A stretch of 63,990 nucleotides of DNA, filler included, from Dimargaris cristalligena (GCA_003614675.1; 4 parts of 4 records of this genome joined end to end with filler, not necessarily neighbours in it); one strand, 5' to 3'; positions 1 to 12,937 are shown, numbered from the whole stretch's first letter. The notes: generated from the letters alone by a model not told the origin. A program made the numbers and translations.

Positions 1-1187
1 TGTGTTGGAAATTCATTTCCCCCGTCCCACCAATTCCTTTACTCTGATTGGCTCGTCCTATACTCGGGACTATATTCTAATCTCTACTATGTCAATCTAT
101 ACCCGGGACTTCATCCTAGTCATTATTACTACTAATTCCAACTCAATAAAACCTACCGCGGGCATCTAGCCTTGCCCCTTGCGGTTCTTTCTCTCTTCTT
201 TAAATTGTTTTAGTTGTATCTGAAAGCACTTGCGTTTACCATCAAACTTATATTTCCAACAAATGGGTTGGGGTGGGGATTTGAAATTAGGATAAACTAT
301 TATCAAATGTGATTATTTCCTCGTTTCAATAAAAATCTCAAGCGGGTGACTATAGGTAAAACGAACGTCGAAGAAAAAACAGTAAATACTAGAGGCCAAC
401 TGGGTGAATTAGAGAAAGGGTGCGAGTGGATGGGTGGGGGAGGGTGTAGGAATAAGCTGTATGATTTGAAAATGGAGGGGCGAAGGTGTTGTTTAAATAT
501 ACCCGATACCCTCTAACTAATTCAAGGCACTGGTCCATTTCCTTCGTCGAGTATCTCGTACAATGAATTGGGGGAGGAGAGGCCAGTGCTACGCGGTGCT
601 CTTTTAAGAGCGGATAAATAATTCACCAAAACATTTCAGGGTTGGATTTAACGATCTTCTGATAGTATTTTTTGTTAGCATGCCTTGGGCCGATATTAGT
701 TAATGCATCGAGGAGAGACAGGGTTGCCCTGCCTATCCCATCCTATGCCCCCCGTATGCCCACTTACGATCAACCAACTGAGAGTATTTGGGGTCGTCCA
801 ATCGGATAGTGGCCATCCGTAACTATAACTTAAAGGGTCCGCATTAGTTAGAGAACAAGGGCAGGGGACCGGAGACAGTTGAGACGAGGGGAAGGGGAAG
901 AGGGGCACATGGGAACCATAATTTTAAACGGAGAGCTCCGATGAACCGACGATCACTAGGATAACCAAACTGGACCAACCCTTAGTAATCACGAGGCCTT
1001 TCCGATTCATTTGTACAATACACTCTCACGATTAACACCATAAACAAGCAGCTGGTCGATATTTATGATAGCCGCAAGGGATTTTTCCATCTACAGATTT
1101 TATGCAATATCGTCCGTTATTGGTGGGGAAATTAGGCGAACTGGATGTGCATTGCCTCAAAGTGTAAAAGAGCAACCGTTTAGCTAA

Positions 1188-1330
1188 TTATGGATGAAAT
1201 TTGGTCCTGCTGTATAAGGTTTTAGATAATATATATGGAAAAATAGATGGCATGTAAATTTTTCACATGTAGGATTGACCTCGTATAACGGATATTTTGA
1301 AATACAGCCTAGTTGAACCTCTTCCATATG
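1188..1330 (+). mobile_element. MITE-like repeat, copy A (degenerate)
   Basis: Begins TATGGATGAAATTTGGTCCTGCTGTATAA and ends ATACAGCCTAGTTGAACCTCTTCCATATG. These are imperfect inverted ends, and the interior is colinear with the copies at 28091 and 32430. Confidence 0.65.
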
Positions 1331-1471
1331 GGAGTAGTTCAGCAAGGCTATATAACGAAAAATCCATTTGATGAGGTAAATACTACTGGTTGAAAATAAA
1401 CATCCCACCGATTTTCCCATACACATATCAGTTAAACTCTTATACAGCCAAGCTGAACTTCACCCATATAT
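1325..1471 (-). mobile_element. MITE-like repeat, copy B
   Basis: Reverse complement reads ATATGGGTGAAGTTCAGCTTGGCTGTATAA...ATGGATTTTTCGTTATATAGCCTTGCTGAACTACTCCCATATG, with ~30-bp terminal inverted repeats. Matches 32430-32576. Confidence 0.75.
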
Positions 1472-1748
1472 AGCCGCTTATTGAAATATATAAATGTGTA
1501 CGTATGCAACAATAATAAAAATATCCCGACCAACTATAATGCATGTTATGGAGGAATATCAGAAAATAGGGCTACTTTTTCCCCCAAAAAATAATAAAAA
1601 AATAGATGGAATATACGGGGTAAACTGTGGTAGTAAGGGGGACCACACTATAATATCGAGAGAAAAAAGAGCTGACTCAAAACCAATGTCAATTTTGTAA
1701 ATGTGATGTGGGGGGGGGGGGTTCATTTATCTTTTTCATTTCATTTCC

Positions 1749-3518
1749 TTATACCGATATCGTCTTGAAAATATTGAAACCCGAGCCTGCCGTTGACATG
1801 AGGACACCGGCCTTCTTCGGGTGCCAGTGAATTTCCTTAATATCGGTTTGACCCTGGTGGATAAACAGCAATTGCGGGGGCACTTCCATTTGGGCGGCCG
1901 CGTTCATTTCCTGCATTTCTTCGGCGTCGTGTTCGACCGATAGATCCCACAGCGTGATTTGGTCGTCGGCGCCACTAGCCGCCAGGACAGACTCTTCGGT
2001 CGGGTGCCATTCCACGGAGGTGATGGGCGCGCGGTGCCACTTGAAGGAGGCCACCGGGGTGCGTTGCTTTTGGGCGTCTTTGCTGGTAAATGACCGCATG
2101 TCCCAGATGCTCAGGACACCATCGTCGGAGCCGGAGGCCAGCAGATAGGAGGCATTTCTAGAATAGATAGGAATAGAAGCGGAATGGAAAGGAAAGGAAA
2201 GCGATGCCAATCGCAGCAGTATGGTAAAGCATACACAATGGTTGTTAGTTACATGGTGAACATAAGTGATAGGATAACAGAACTGATATTATGAATAGCC
2301 AGCGCAGTTTCTCTTTTGTTGCTAAATACAGGGTAATTATAAATATATAAGCTTATTCGGCATTTACCTATTCCACGAAATAACATTGACATCGGCATCA
2401 TGGGCGTGCACAGTAATAGCCGGACGTTTCTTCTGGCGGCAATCCCAAATACGCACGGTCTGATCGGCCGAGGCGGACGCAAAGACGTTCCGTTCCGTCG
2501 GAGACCACTGGAGATCTTCGACGGACGACGTGTGACCCGCAAACGGTATCCGATCGGGCCGGAACGCACCGGTTGAGGCATCGCGCTGAGTGACGTAGAT
2601 ATTGGAGTTCATATCACCAGTCAACAATCCGCCGTGCGAGTGCGACCAGTCCATCGCAAACCCTTCATGACGACCATGACTCTGGACCGTATAAATGGGG
2701 AGTTTGGCCTCCGCGGGGGTAATGAAGCCCGGGGTCGTGAGGGCCTGGAGGTGCGATTCGATATCCCAAATGTGGACCTTGCCCGTTTCGGCCCACGTCG
2801 CGGCCACGCAGCGATTCTGGAAGGTCGTGGCCCGGACACGGTTGACGCCACCTTGGTGTTTACAGGCCTGGGATTCCAAAATCGGGTCTTCATCCGCGGC
2901 ATTGGTATCATCGGCATCCTCATCCTCCTCCTGGTCGGAATCTAAGTCGCCGCGGCCGTCGTTTTGGGTTTTATGGAGACGGCTCATTTTCAAAATCATG
3001 AGCGAATTACGGCCGAATTGGGCGGCCTGGGTACCGGCCACGGCGTACGTGGTCAAGGGGTAGTTCAGGGAGTCAGCGTCGGCGCCGTAGCCCACGAAAT
3101 CAAAACTCAGGCAAGGCCATTCTACCTTCAAATCGTGTAACATCATATAAGCGCTGTTATCGACCTCCAATTGCTCGTCGGCGGCGAGGGCTTGGCCAGG
3201 CAAATAAACTTTGACCTCCGGCTCCTTATCTTCCTCGTCATCCCCCTGGTCCTCGTCGTCTACGGCCATCCCGTTTCCCGCTTCGTCTTCGTCGGATTCG
3301 GAAGCACAGTCGACTACGTCGCCCTCGTCCTCGCTGACTAACTCGTCGTCCCAGGCGTCTTCGAATTCACCCATGTCAACGTCGCCGTTGGCAGCGTCCG
3401 CCTTTTTGGTCGTACCGGCCTTAAGCGGAACCGTATCGTCTCCGTGGGCCACGGCGGCGGACTTTTGGGGCGACAGAACGTCGGCCTCCATATCGGACGT
3501 GGTAGGGCGCTTGGACAT
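1749..3518 (-). CDS. RRB1: Ribosome assembly protein RRB1 / GRWD1 (acidic N-terminus, CAF1C_H4-bd-like region, WD40 repeats); exons 3518-2368 and 2157-1749
   Basis: Motifs WPCLSFD, AGTQA, GGVNRVR, GHTSSVEDLQWSPTE, DVNVISWN, ITSVEWHP, VPPQLLFIHQGQ, GFNIFKTISV. The GTAAAT...TAG intron 2367-2158 joins the exons in frame (WNR|NASYLLASGSDDG). Confidence 0.95.
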
Positions 3519-4093
3519 GGTGGGCTATTAAGCTTCTATGTTTTAAAAAAATAGTATGTATATATAAAGGTAGACCGAGAAAAACTTCGGGAGGGGGGGG
3601 GCTGTAGCAACAGGGCTCGGAATTAAACGGGTATTGACCGGGCGGGTAAATGTGAAAAAAACCCTCGATTGCGGCTGACGATGCTAGTAGCTAAAAATAT
3701 AAAAGACCAAACAAGGAGATTGGCGGACAGAGGGGACAATTTTGAATATACCTACTTGGAAGGGTCTCTTTCTCCTACTCGGACTACCTGCTAGTCCAGC
3801 GATTTGGTCACAGAGTTTAACGGCCAAGTAGGGCATCCATTTTTTTTACAACCCGGCTCGAAAATTATCGATTTGGGCGATCCAATATTACATACACATA
3901 CCTTGCCCATTTTTTTACCCAAATCACTTAAAACCCGTGGATAAGGTAAATTGGCGAGGTACTCGGTCTTTAATCACGTGATTGATTAGACAACTAGCTC
4001 TTGTAGGCAATATGTGTTAATGCATCCCTTCCACTTAAAAATTAATCCTGAATATTGTGTTTGTTACTAGTTTAAAACATTGTTAATTTTTTC

Positions 4094-4211
4094 AGTTGTG
4101 GCCATATGTAATCTTTAGCACCGTATCCCGTTAGATCTGCGAAGTTAAGTGGTTATCAGCTAATTTAGTACTGAGGTGGGTGACCACTTGGGAATAGTTA
4201 GTGCTATAACT
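4094..4211 (+). rRNA. 5S rRNA gene (dispersed copy)
   Basis: 118 nt with 5S hallmarks GGCCATA, GCACCG..TCCCG..GATC, GAAGTTAAG, TAGTAC..GGTGGGTGACC, GGGAA. Helix I (AGTTGTGGC/GCTATAACT) and helices II, IV and V can pair. Followed by an oligo-T tract. Confidence 0.92.
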
Positions 4212-4216
4212 TTTTT
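4211..4216 (+). terminator. Pol III oligo-dT terminator of the 5S gene
   Basis: TTTTTT at the 3' end of the 5S sequence. Confidence 0.75.
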
Positions 4217-5912
4217 GAACTACGATATATTTATCATTTTAAAAGTTCATAGGAAAGTGCGACTGTTACATTTTACCCAGATAACCAAAATGTTGCTAGA
4301 CAGCCGAACCAACCCTCCATCGTATGGGTGGCATGAAAGAGGTATATATACTATAAAATATGATAGTACCGCCCCGTTTCCCTTATATAGCCCTCCCTCG
4401 TTTAATGAGAATATATTTGGCCATTTACCCCAAAATAGCTAGTGCTCATCCACTAAACTAAGCCTCGTGAGCAAGTATAGCCCGCCTTGCGGTTTTCTTT
4501 ACATAAAATATACTGTATCTCATCAAAGTTTGTGGCATATTTCAGTTTCCGTTTTATAGTCTAGGGAGTAACGAAGAGTAGTAGATTCCCTGAAGTTATC
4601 AAGCCCGTTCTATTCGTTGATTCCACCATGGTGCGTCATCAAGACCAACTCTTATAATAATATCAGTGGGAGTTATATGCCCCATTGCTACAAAAATATG
4701 CGAATGTTGCCAGTTGCGCAATAGTTCACATTTAACATGAACATTAAGGCAGATACTAGTTGAATAGATTCTGACTAGATAGCGTATTTTTAGTACACAG
4801 CTAAGTAGGACTTTTCCCTCACTTTACTAGCGCACACCCCATATTATCTTAAGCAGTTTGGGGTTTTTGAGGCCCCGCTATATATAATTCACATGTAATA
4901 CTGAGCCTGTAGTGGTACACTATTCTCCCATTACCATACGTTTGTATACTGCTTAAGAACCAAAAAAAATAGAATACATAGTGTTTAATCTAGTATTCGT
5001 CAACAATATTAATTGACTATATTAACTAATCAGGCACTTGGTTGACTGAATTAAGAAGTACAGTGCGTTCAGCCAGGTTGAGTAAATACATATTCTTCTA
5101 ATATCTAGTATAAATGATGACATGGCCCACTTCGTGGTGTCTATTTACAATGACCCAGTATTACTCTTAAACATTCCCCCGAAAAAAATGAACACACTAT
5201 ATACACTCTCTGAGGTTAATAGATTTATCCCTTTACAGCCAGTCTTTTGATTATTCAGTATAATATACGGTTCTAGCGGTTATTACTAACCAACCCAATG
5301 CCAATAAATAGTATTATACATTAAGAGAAACCCATAGCTAAAATTCCACCGTTGAGTCTATGATTGTATTCCAACGGGGAATCGCCAAGTTAAGGGAGTT
5401 TAGAAGGCAGCATAATAAATCCCTCATGAAACACCGACGGCTATAGCGGAAGCCCAATTCCAAAGAAGTAGAACTCCAGCTGACTCTCTTTCATAATAAG
5501 TACTTAAATACCAATTGGCATCGCAATAACCATTATAATCAACCGAATTTAACGAACACCTTCGTGTTACCAAATGCCATAGGCATTTCACCTGAATTGG
5601 AGAATTGAAAGTCAGCGCGGCAGCCGTAGGTGTAGGTCAATCACTCATTTTATTGAGTTAGGAGATAATCTAGTGGTTGCTAGATTCACTAGTGAAGTCT
5701 TATAAAAAAATAGGAGAACCAAACACGTAAAATAAGATTCCTCAAATTGATAGGTTCCACTGTTCAACAAACCGGGTTATTTGGCTTTTAATATAGACTA
5801 GCCAAGATAATACTTTATACCATGGGTCGTTGTTTGAATATACTGTAATTAAATACTGGTAGCCAAATGACTTGGCCCAAGGTTATGGTGGCTACAGCGA
5901 AATAATTCGGGA

Positions 5913-7283
5913 TCAGCACCTCGGCAAAAGCCGAATAACAATACGAGGATACTTGTTTCGGATTTGGGGTAGATCATCACGGAGGGACCAGTGGACATGT
6001 ACTTCCTGAAGATTGGGTAGACGCGAAAATATAGTCGAGAGATCGCGTAATTTGGTCAGTCGAATTGCCAAACCAACTAGTGGAAGTGTACTGGAATAAA
6101 AGTCTAGGTCGACTAATTGGCGCATAAATCGTACTCCTTCATCATATACAGTTAGAGACTGGAGCTTGGTGTAACCGGATAGAATTTGGGCAGTGGTGGC
6201 TGCAAGATCAACAGGTCCAATTAGGGTAAGGGCGCGGAGATTTGGAAATCCCTGAGGAATAATAAGGCCCAGATTGGGAACCCTAATGTTACCAGCAATG
6301 TGTAATGTAGTAAGTCGGGCCCAGGGTCGTCTAAAAAACTGGTGTAGGGTTTTTTGCTCATCAGGGGATGGTGATGGGTTTGATTCAAAATGAATGGTTA
6401 GGTCAGCCAAATAGGGATACTTATCTTCGGTTATATGGCGAAGGGCCCCAAGTTGACTTAATCTTTGGCTAATGCACAAACTGAAGGACACCAGCTGCTG
6501 GGGATATGGTAGGTGGTGGCTATACGGGAGGCGGCAATTCCAACGCAAAATCGCCAGCATATCGGTATATTGAGGGTCACGGTACTGTCCTATATTGTGA
6601 AAAAGACCACCAGGCGAGTCTATGTGGGGCTGTAGATGCCGAGGGGTGGGGATTTCCCTTAGTTGCTGAATAATGACGCCGTCATCCATGGTCTGAATCT
6701 CTAGGGCGAGGTCCTGAAGTTGATGCCATAGAGGATGCAATGCCTCTAGAGAGAATTGCTCCCGATCAAGCTGGACGGATCGGCGAACTGTACTAAAGCC
6801 AAGATAACTGCACACAACGAATTTACGTGGTGGCTGAGCCAAACTTGTCAGACAATTCAAAAAAACCGACCAGGAGTCCAAATCAGGTAAGTTGAATTCG
6901 ATGGTATGTAAGTGAGATAGTTGCTTAAATAGCAAACGGAGTTGATTTGGACTGGGTACTCCAGCTTGTCCCACGTTGGTAAGTTTTAAACTGTATACGC
7001 GCGGGTGGTAGCGACGGATAAACTGAGTAAGATTGTCACTGAGGTAGCCACGCCCCTGGAATTTTAATTGTATCAGGTAGGCTGAGGTGACGAATGGACG
7101 AAGCGTACGGCAGACGGCCGCTAAGTGGAATTGGTCCTCTTGGTGGAGATAACGAATAAACTGGTAACCGAGCAAATGGTTGGCTGGGTTCAATATAACC
7201 TTCAGAAGCTCGAGTCCGGGGGAGTAGATGGGGTGTGGTTGGCCATCAGGTCCAAAGGAATGGGTAGAGAAACTAGAAAACAT
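5913..7283 (-). CDS. Lineage-specific protein with F-box-like N-terminus and RNI/LRR-like repeats (456 aa, intronless)
   Basis: Segment FIRYLHQEDQFHLAAVCRTLRPFV resembles the F-box core. LxxLxL-type repeats follow (YPYLADLTI, FPNLRALTL, TKLQSLTV, LPNLQEVHV). A colinear paralog lies next door. Confidence 0.7.
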   Translation of the reverse strand: MFSSFSTHSFGPDGQPHPIYSPGLELLKVILNPANHLLGYQFIRYLHQEDQFHLAAVCRTLRPFVTSAYLIQLKFQGRGYLSDNLTQFIRRYHPRVYSLKLTNVGQAGVPSPNQLRLLFKQLSHLHTIEFNLPDLDSWSVFLNCLTSLAQPPRKFVVCSYLGFSTVRRSVQLDREQFSLEALHPLWHQLQDLALEIQTMDDGVIIQQLREIPTPRHLQPHIDSPGGLFHNIGQYRDPQYTDMLAILRWNCRLPYSHHLPYPQQLVSFSLCISQRLSQLGALRHITEDKYPYLADLTIHFESNPSPSPDEQKTLHQFFRRPWARLTTLHIAGNIRVPNLGLIIPQGFPNLRALTLIGPVDLAATTAQILSGYTKLQSLTVYDEGVRFMRQLVDLDFYSSTLPLVGLAIRLTKLRDLSTIFSRLPNLQEVHVHWSLRDDLPQIRNKYPRIVIRLLPRC

Positions 7284-8785
7284 GGCGACTACGTTAATGG
7301 CCCAAGTCCAATTGGCGAATTGCCCGAGTCCCGGTACTATAAAGCTGAGGGGGTCAGCTCCAAGATAGCTAGAAATAAGAAGCGGACTAGTAGACTTCTG
7401 AAAATATGAGAAGAGTATGGATCAGTGATAGGGGTAAATAAGTATTGCTGAGTTGATGTAGCATACCGGAAGATAAGGGACTCGAAAGAATAGTTGAAAT
7501 AACCTAAAATTTATTAGAAATGCGATAGAGGCGGGTTATATTCCCAACCTGAAACTTAGTTGCTCAATATAAGGTCTAAGGACCTTCCAGCAGTTGATAA
7601 AACTAAGACCAGGTTGTGGTTATTTGGCAAATGAATACAGGGCTTGGAACAAGGGTGGCCTCACTGCTAGCCATTGATGAATTGGCCATTCAAGCCGTCG
7701 AACAATGAACCCGAGGTGGTTTTCCCTCCTCCTGGGGGAAGTGGAAGGCCACCATAGCATTGTGCAAAAGGCTTTGGCCAATGGTGGAAACGCCACCTGA
7801 ATAGCTTTATGGGGCCATTAGGCGCTTGCCACAATGTCCGCCTCCGCCAGAGTACCATTAAACTGATAAGGTAGATAAATATCAAGCCCGTATATTCATA
7901 ATCCTAACTGCTGCAGGCTTAAGATGGAAGACCAATAATGGTGTCATATAAATTTCCACCCTCAGGCATCATTAATAAGTAGATGCGTTTTCTTAATACA
8001 CGATATATGAGGAAAGTCCCATATCAATGAGGCGGTAGTACTTGAATAGTTGAATTTCGCAATAGGGCCACATCATTAACCTAGACGCTGCACATTTTAG
8101 GCAAGTGGTCCCAAAAATATTACCACACTTGCCGCTGGTCCCTCTTGTGGAATGTGTATGTTTATTGCTGAGAGACTCTGCCTTTGAGGTGTTATCTTTG
8201 GGGATCTGCGAAACGACCTTGATGTCCTTCCCAGGCTGTTCGATGCCGATATGGAAGGCCCCAATTAAACAAGTACGGGGATGCTCAAGAGTGCCGATTA
8301 TGTGGTTTTGGGGGGCGCCAGAATTCATGATAGACGCTGGATATAATTGCAGGAAACAAGGCAACAGTAACTGTCGAAGTGTTTGTGAATACCGGTGAAC
8401 ATAATGAAGAGTTTATTGGAATGAATAATATTATCGAATAGATTATTTGTTTGCTCTTCCTTGCAGGATTCCAACGCCTTTTATATGCGAATTCGGATGC
8501 TTTGAAGATGTTAGTTGCGCTGTAAGAAGAGCTACAAAAGAATTGAAAAAGCAAAGCTATAATGAATAATTTTATTAATACCATATCAATGATGGATGAA
8601 TTGCAATGCTATTAATCTCAGTAATAATATAAATGCAAACTGTCACAGTAAATATTGATAGGATAAAAGCAAGCTAAACATAGATTTGATGGCTAAGCCA
8701 TGGGCGGGACGTTATATCAACCGCTAGCAGTTAAGGATGGCATGTCGGACGGTGCTAAAAATCACAGCCACTGCCACCAAATAAT

Positions 8786-10154
8786 TTAGGAACGACGCAG
8801 TTTCAAAGTCCAAAAAGTTATATAAGGATACTCATTTTGAATTTGGCGCAGATCATCGCCGGACATGAACTTCCTGAAGATTGGGTAAACGTGATAATAG
8901 AGTCGGGAGAATTCCCAAACTGGTCAGTGGGAACTCCAAATTAATAAATGACAGTGTACTGGAAAAGAAGTCTAGGTCGACTAGCTGGCGCATATAATCC
9001 ACGCCACTATCTTGTATAGTCAGAGACTTGCGCTTAACGCACTTGTATAAAATTTGTGCAGTGGTAGCTGCAAGATCAGCAAGATCAATTAGGATAAAGG
9101 TGTGGAGTCTTGGATAACTCTGGGCAATAAGTGGACCAAGATCGGGAATCCTGATATTACCAGCAATGCCTAATATAGTAAGTCGTGCCCGGGGTAGTCT
9201 AAAAAACTGGGATAGTTCCTCTTGTTCTTTGGGGGATAGCCGTGGGGCCGGAGTAAAAATGATGAGCAGTGTCGTCAAATAAGGATACCTTGCTTCGGTT
9301 ATATGATTAAGGGCTCGTAGTTGGCGCAATCCCCAACTAACACATAGAGTAAGGGACACCAGCTTATGAAAACAGGAATGGTGGGGACCATACAGGCTGC
9401 GACATTCCCAATATGCTATCATCGACCTCGTTTCGGTAAAGTGAGTGTAGCGCTTCCTTTCTGTGCGGCGAAGGCGAACACCAGGCCAGTCCATGTGGGT
9501 TTGCAGGCGCCGAAAATGGGGATAGTCAGTTGAAGTTTGAATGACGACGCCATCATCCATGGTATGGGTGTCTAGGACGGGGTTCTGAAGGTGTATCCAT
9601 AGATTATGTATTTTCTCTGGAGAGTATTGCTTCAGATCAAGCAAGATGGATCGACTAAACGTCAGCAAGTCATAGCTTCTGGTCACAACCAATTTGTGAG
9701 GTGGATGAGCAAGGGCTTTTAAACAATTGAATAAAACGAACCAATAATATAAATCAGGTAGGTAGAATTTGATTGTGTGTACGTGGTATAATTGACTAAA
9801 GAGTAAGCGGGGTCGATTAGTCCAAGGTGCTTCAGGTCGTCCCTCCTCGACGAGATCTAAATAGGATATTAGTGGGCGATAGCGACTGATAAACTGGGCA
9901 AGCCTGTCGGTGATTTTCCTATCTATATCACAAATTATATATATTTGATAAGTTGAGGCGACGAATGGGCAGAGTATATGACAAACGGCGGTCAGGTGTA
10001 GTTGGTCCTGTTAGTAAAGGTAGCGAATAAACTGCTTGCCGAGCAAGTGGTGGGCCGGGTTCAATATAAGCAACAGTAGTTTGAGGCCAGGGGAATAAAT
10101 GGGGTGTGGTTGACCCTGAGGGCCAGTGTAATGAGTAAGTGTAATAGAAGATAT
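8786..10154 (-). pseudogene. Pseudogenised tandem paralog of the 5913-7283 F-box/LRR-like gene
   Basis: Colinear along the full length (GQPHPIYSPGL, TMDDGVVIQ, MRQLVDLDFFSSTL, RLPNLQEVHV). Start ATG>ATA at 10154-10152 in conserved context, in-frame TAA at 10013-10011, and a short deletion frameshifting the last ~25 codons. Confidence 0.85.
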
Positions 10155-11354
10155 GGCAACTACGTCAGTAGTTGAGGAGGGAAAAAGGATAGTACAAATA
10201 CTGCGACAGAATGGAAATAAGGGCAAACAAGTCAGACTGAGTTTAATGGGTTTGGATAGGAATTGGTCTGCTTTTAAATTAACCATTCCCAAGGTTTATT
10301 GTCATATATATATCAAAATGATGGCCTGACTTTTGACGTTTCCCACATTGCTTCTCAGTGTGTGCTAGCTGCTTAGAGAATTTTATTGCATAGTGGCAAC
10401 GCCTTAGCAATGTGAATTCCCACTGTTGTTCAAAGCAAGCCCCAAGTAAGCATTGGAGTATTCACATTCCCAATGGCATGCCGTGGGTTGGTAGAAGCCA
10501 GCATTTGGTATATTCCTTACCCCCCTGGATTGCCTCTTCGCCCCTTTGAGGGACTTATCATGGCAGCCCTCGGAGAAAAGGTCGATTTGGACACAGTTAT
10601 TTTTATTATATCATCATTAACACATTATTGGATAAATAGGCGAAGGTCGAAGGAACGTGTGCAAACATGTGTCAGATAAGCGCCCAAGCAACCAAACCCA
10701 ACCGCACACTTCGTAGGTTACAGGATATAAAACTCGGCAAAATACCCTGCTACTAACGGATTGTGATTGGGAGGATGGACTACATCTATTCCACCCATTT
10801 GTATTCGTAAGTTCCCCCAATTTTGGTACATTACTTTCTTGGGTGAGCCGGCTGCGAGGTTAGGAACCGTTTCAAGGGATGTCGAACAAAAGGGGTCAGT
10901 TGGCGAACACCCATGGCCTAAAACTGTACAGTGTGAGAGTAATGTGAGAACAAGCAAAGGGCATGGTGGATATATTAGAATGCGATACATAGGTGTAGCA
11001 ACATGCACTATTTGGCAATATTGGTGGAGAGGTGGGAACAGGGAAAGGGCGGCGAATTCCAAGGGTCCATAAAGGCCTCCAATCCCGCTGTTCCCAAAGC
11101 AATACCAGTAAAATACAGAATACACCAAAAAGACCACCCACTCGGATATCTTGGTCGGGTATGGGGGAATACATACACGTGTCCCTGGCCCATAACAAAG
11201 ACATCCCATATATTTCACCGGCAAGAAACCCCGGTCCCCATTCTCTTCATCATTACTATATACCGGCCTACGGTTAGATCCGGTATCTCATAAACAAATG
11301 GGAATCTGTGCCATATCAAGAACAATTAACTCATCAAACGAACTATATTTGATC

Positions 11355-12937
11355 TTAACTTACCCGAATTTGGTACGATCCGGCCTTGGTCATATACCGC
11401 ACCCATTTGACCGACTGGTAGTTCGACTTCTCAAACACCTTGAGGAACCGCACCAACAGCCCGGATGACGTAAACATCAGTACGTGGAAATCGAGCGAAA
11501 TGGGTGGCCGCGACCAACGGCGCTGCACGGTCATGGACGTCAAGTCCGCCTCGGCCACCAGATTATTTTCCGACATGCCCTGGAACCGCTGCACTTTCCA
11601 CACGATGCAGTTTTCGGCGGGCACGTATTTGGCCCGGCCCACCGACACCCGGATAGTGGCACTCGCGGTATTCAAGGGGGTCGGAATGCGAATGGTCACG
11701 TTGCTGGCGTACAGTTTATTGGAGAAGTTCGCCTTGACCTGGATTTGGTACTCGATCCGCGAGCGACTCGCTTCGGTGACCACCGGCTGAACCCGGAAGG
11801 GCAAGTTGACATTTTCCGTGGTCCGGTAATGCATCAGGTCGAATTCGCCGTCGGGGGGAATAAAACTGATGGTACGCTCGCTATCGAATTTACCCAATCG
11901 CACGCATTGGTGGAATTTGCAGTCGGCAATTTCGACCGTATCGCCCGAGGGCGGGTTAGCGGAATTCGACCCACTACTACTCTGGCGGACGCCCCCGGAC
12001 CCCGCACCCGGTTCTTTTTCCACTAGCAACCGGTCATTCAGTCCGAATTTGCATTCCGGGGTCCCCGATAAATAGGCCCGCATAATGATTTGGCCCGATA
12101 CATCCGCCCGTAGCACCGTTCCCTTCGTGCTCATGAGTAAATTAACGGACTCGATCACATCGATGAATGCCTCGTTTTTGCGGTATTTGATATCCGGCCG
12201 ACGCCAGGAAATGGCCCCGGTGGCCTGCATAGTGATTCGCGACGACGAGTCCTTAATCGCCCGGTCGGACTTCACCTCCTCGGTGGTAATGTAGAGTTTC
12301 AGGGCATCGGGATCCATATTCTGGGGGTACCCGAAATCCAGAATCTCGTCCATGAGCTCGTAGATTAAGGTGAAGTTATTCTTGACACTCTCCTCGTCGA
12401 AGCGGCCGAAGTAACTGGTGCCAAGTTCACTGACCCGGTAAAGGGCTTCGAACACGAGGGCGGCGTTGGCATTGCCCCGGGTAGCGGCTACCAGATAAAG
12501 GTTCTCGTGCCGGGTGTGGTAAAAGGTGGTCGGCCCGAGGGTCACAATCGGCGACCGGATATCGGGACTAGTAATGACATGGATGCGGAAAATGTCGGCT
12601 GCAGAGCGTCTAGCGTAGATATGGTGTTTGTTGTTTTGTAGGTGGAAAAGGAAATTGTTAGCCGAGTTGGTCATTAATCGAGTAAGTGTGGTGCAATCAC
12701 GAATACTAGGCAAGGCCTTTGGGTTAGTGGGAAGGCACAGCGCAATCCAATTTTCGAATGGGGTCTCGAAATAGTGGGGTGTGTGTGGAGAAGTAATGCG
12801 ATGGGGTTCATACTCGGGCTTCGGCCGGGTATTAGCTCCAAACTCAACCAAAGGACGACTTACTTTATATCATGCCGGTAAAGCCGGGAAATGAGGATTT
12901 CGCCCTTTTGGTTGAAGATGAAGAAGCCGCTGAGCAT
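11355..12937 (-). CDS. APM4: AP-2 adaptor complex mu subunit; exons 12937-12864 and 12609-~11364, with a probable tiny terminal exon unresolved
   Basis: MLSGFFIFNQKGEILISRLYRHDIK|RSAADIFR across GT-AG intron 12863-12610. Motifs NFTLIYELMDEILDFGYPQ, YLSGTPECKFGLND, FHQCVRL, ISFIPPDGEF, KWVRYMTKAGSYQIR. A GTAAGT donor follows QIR. Confidence 0.95.

Noticed and set aside
1184-1426. Similar short ORFs at 1184, 28187 and 32474-32696 (e.g. WIFRY, YNEKSIG) suggesting a peptide family
   Set aside because: They are translations of the MITE-like repeat in different frames and strands.
7660-8590. Short ORFs, including hydrophobic-start 8584-8285
   Set aside because: AT-rich, fragmented and without a recognisable domain; could be a relic but unsupported.
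10300-11300. Overlapping 60-170 aa ORFs on both strands
   Set aside because: No motif or codon bias; not assignable to a gene or transposon.
12610-12851. N-terminal extension of the 498-aa AP-2 mu ORF
   Set aside because: It is the open intron 1; the true first exon is 12937-12864.
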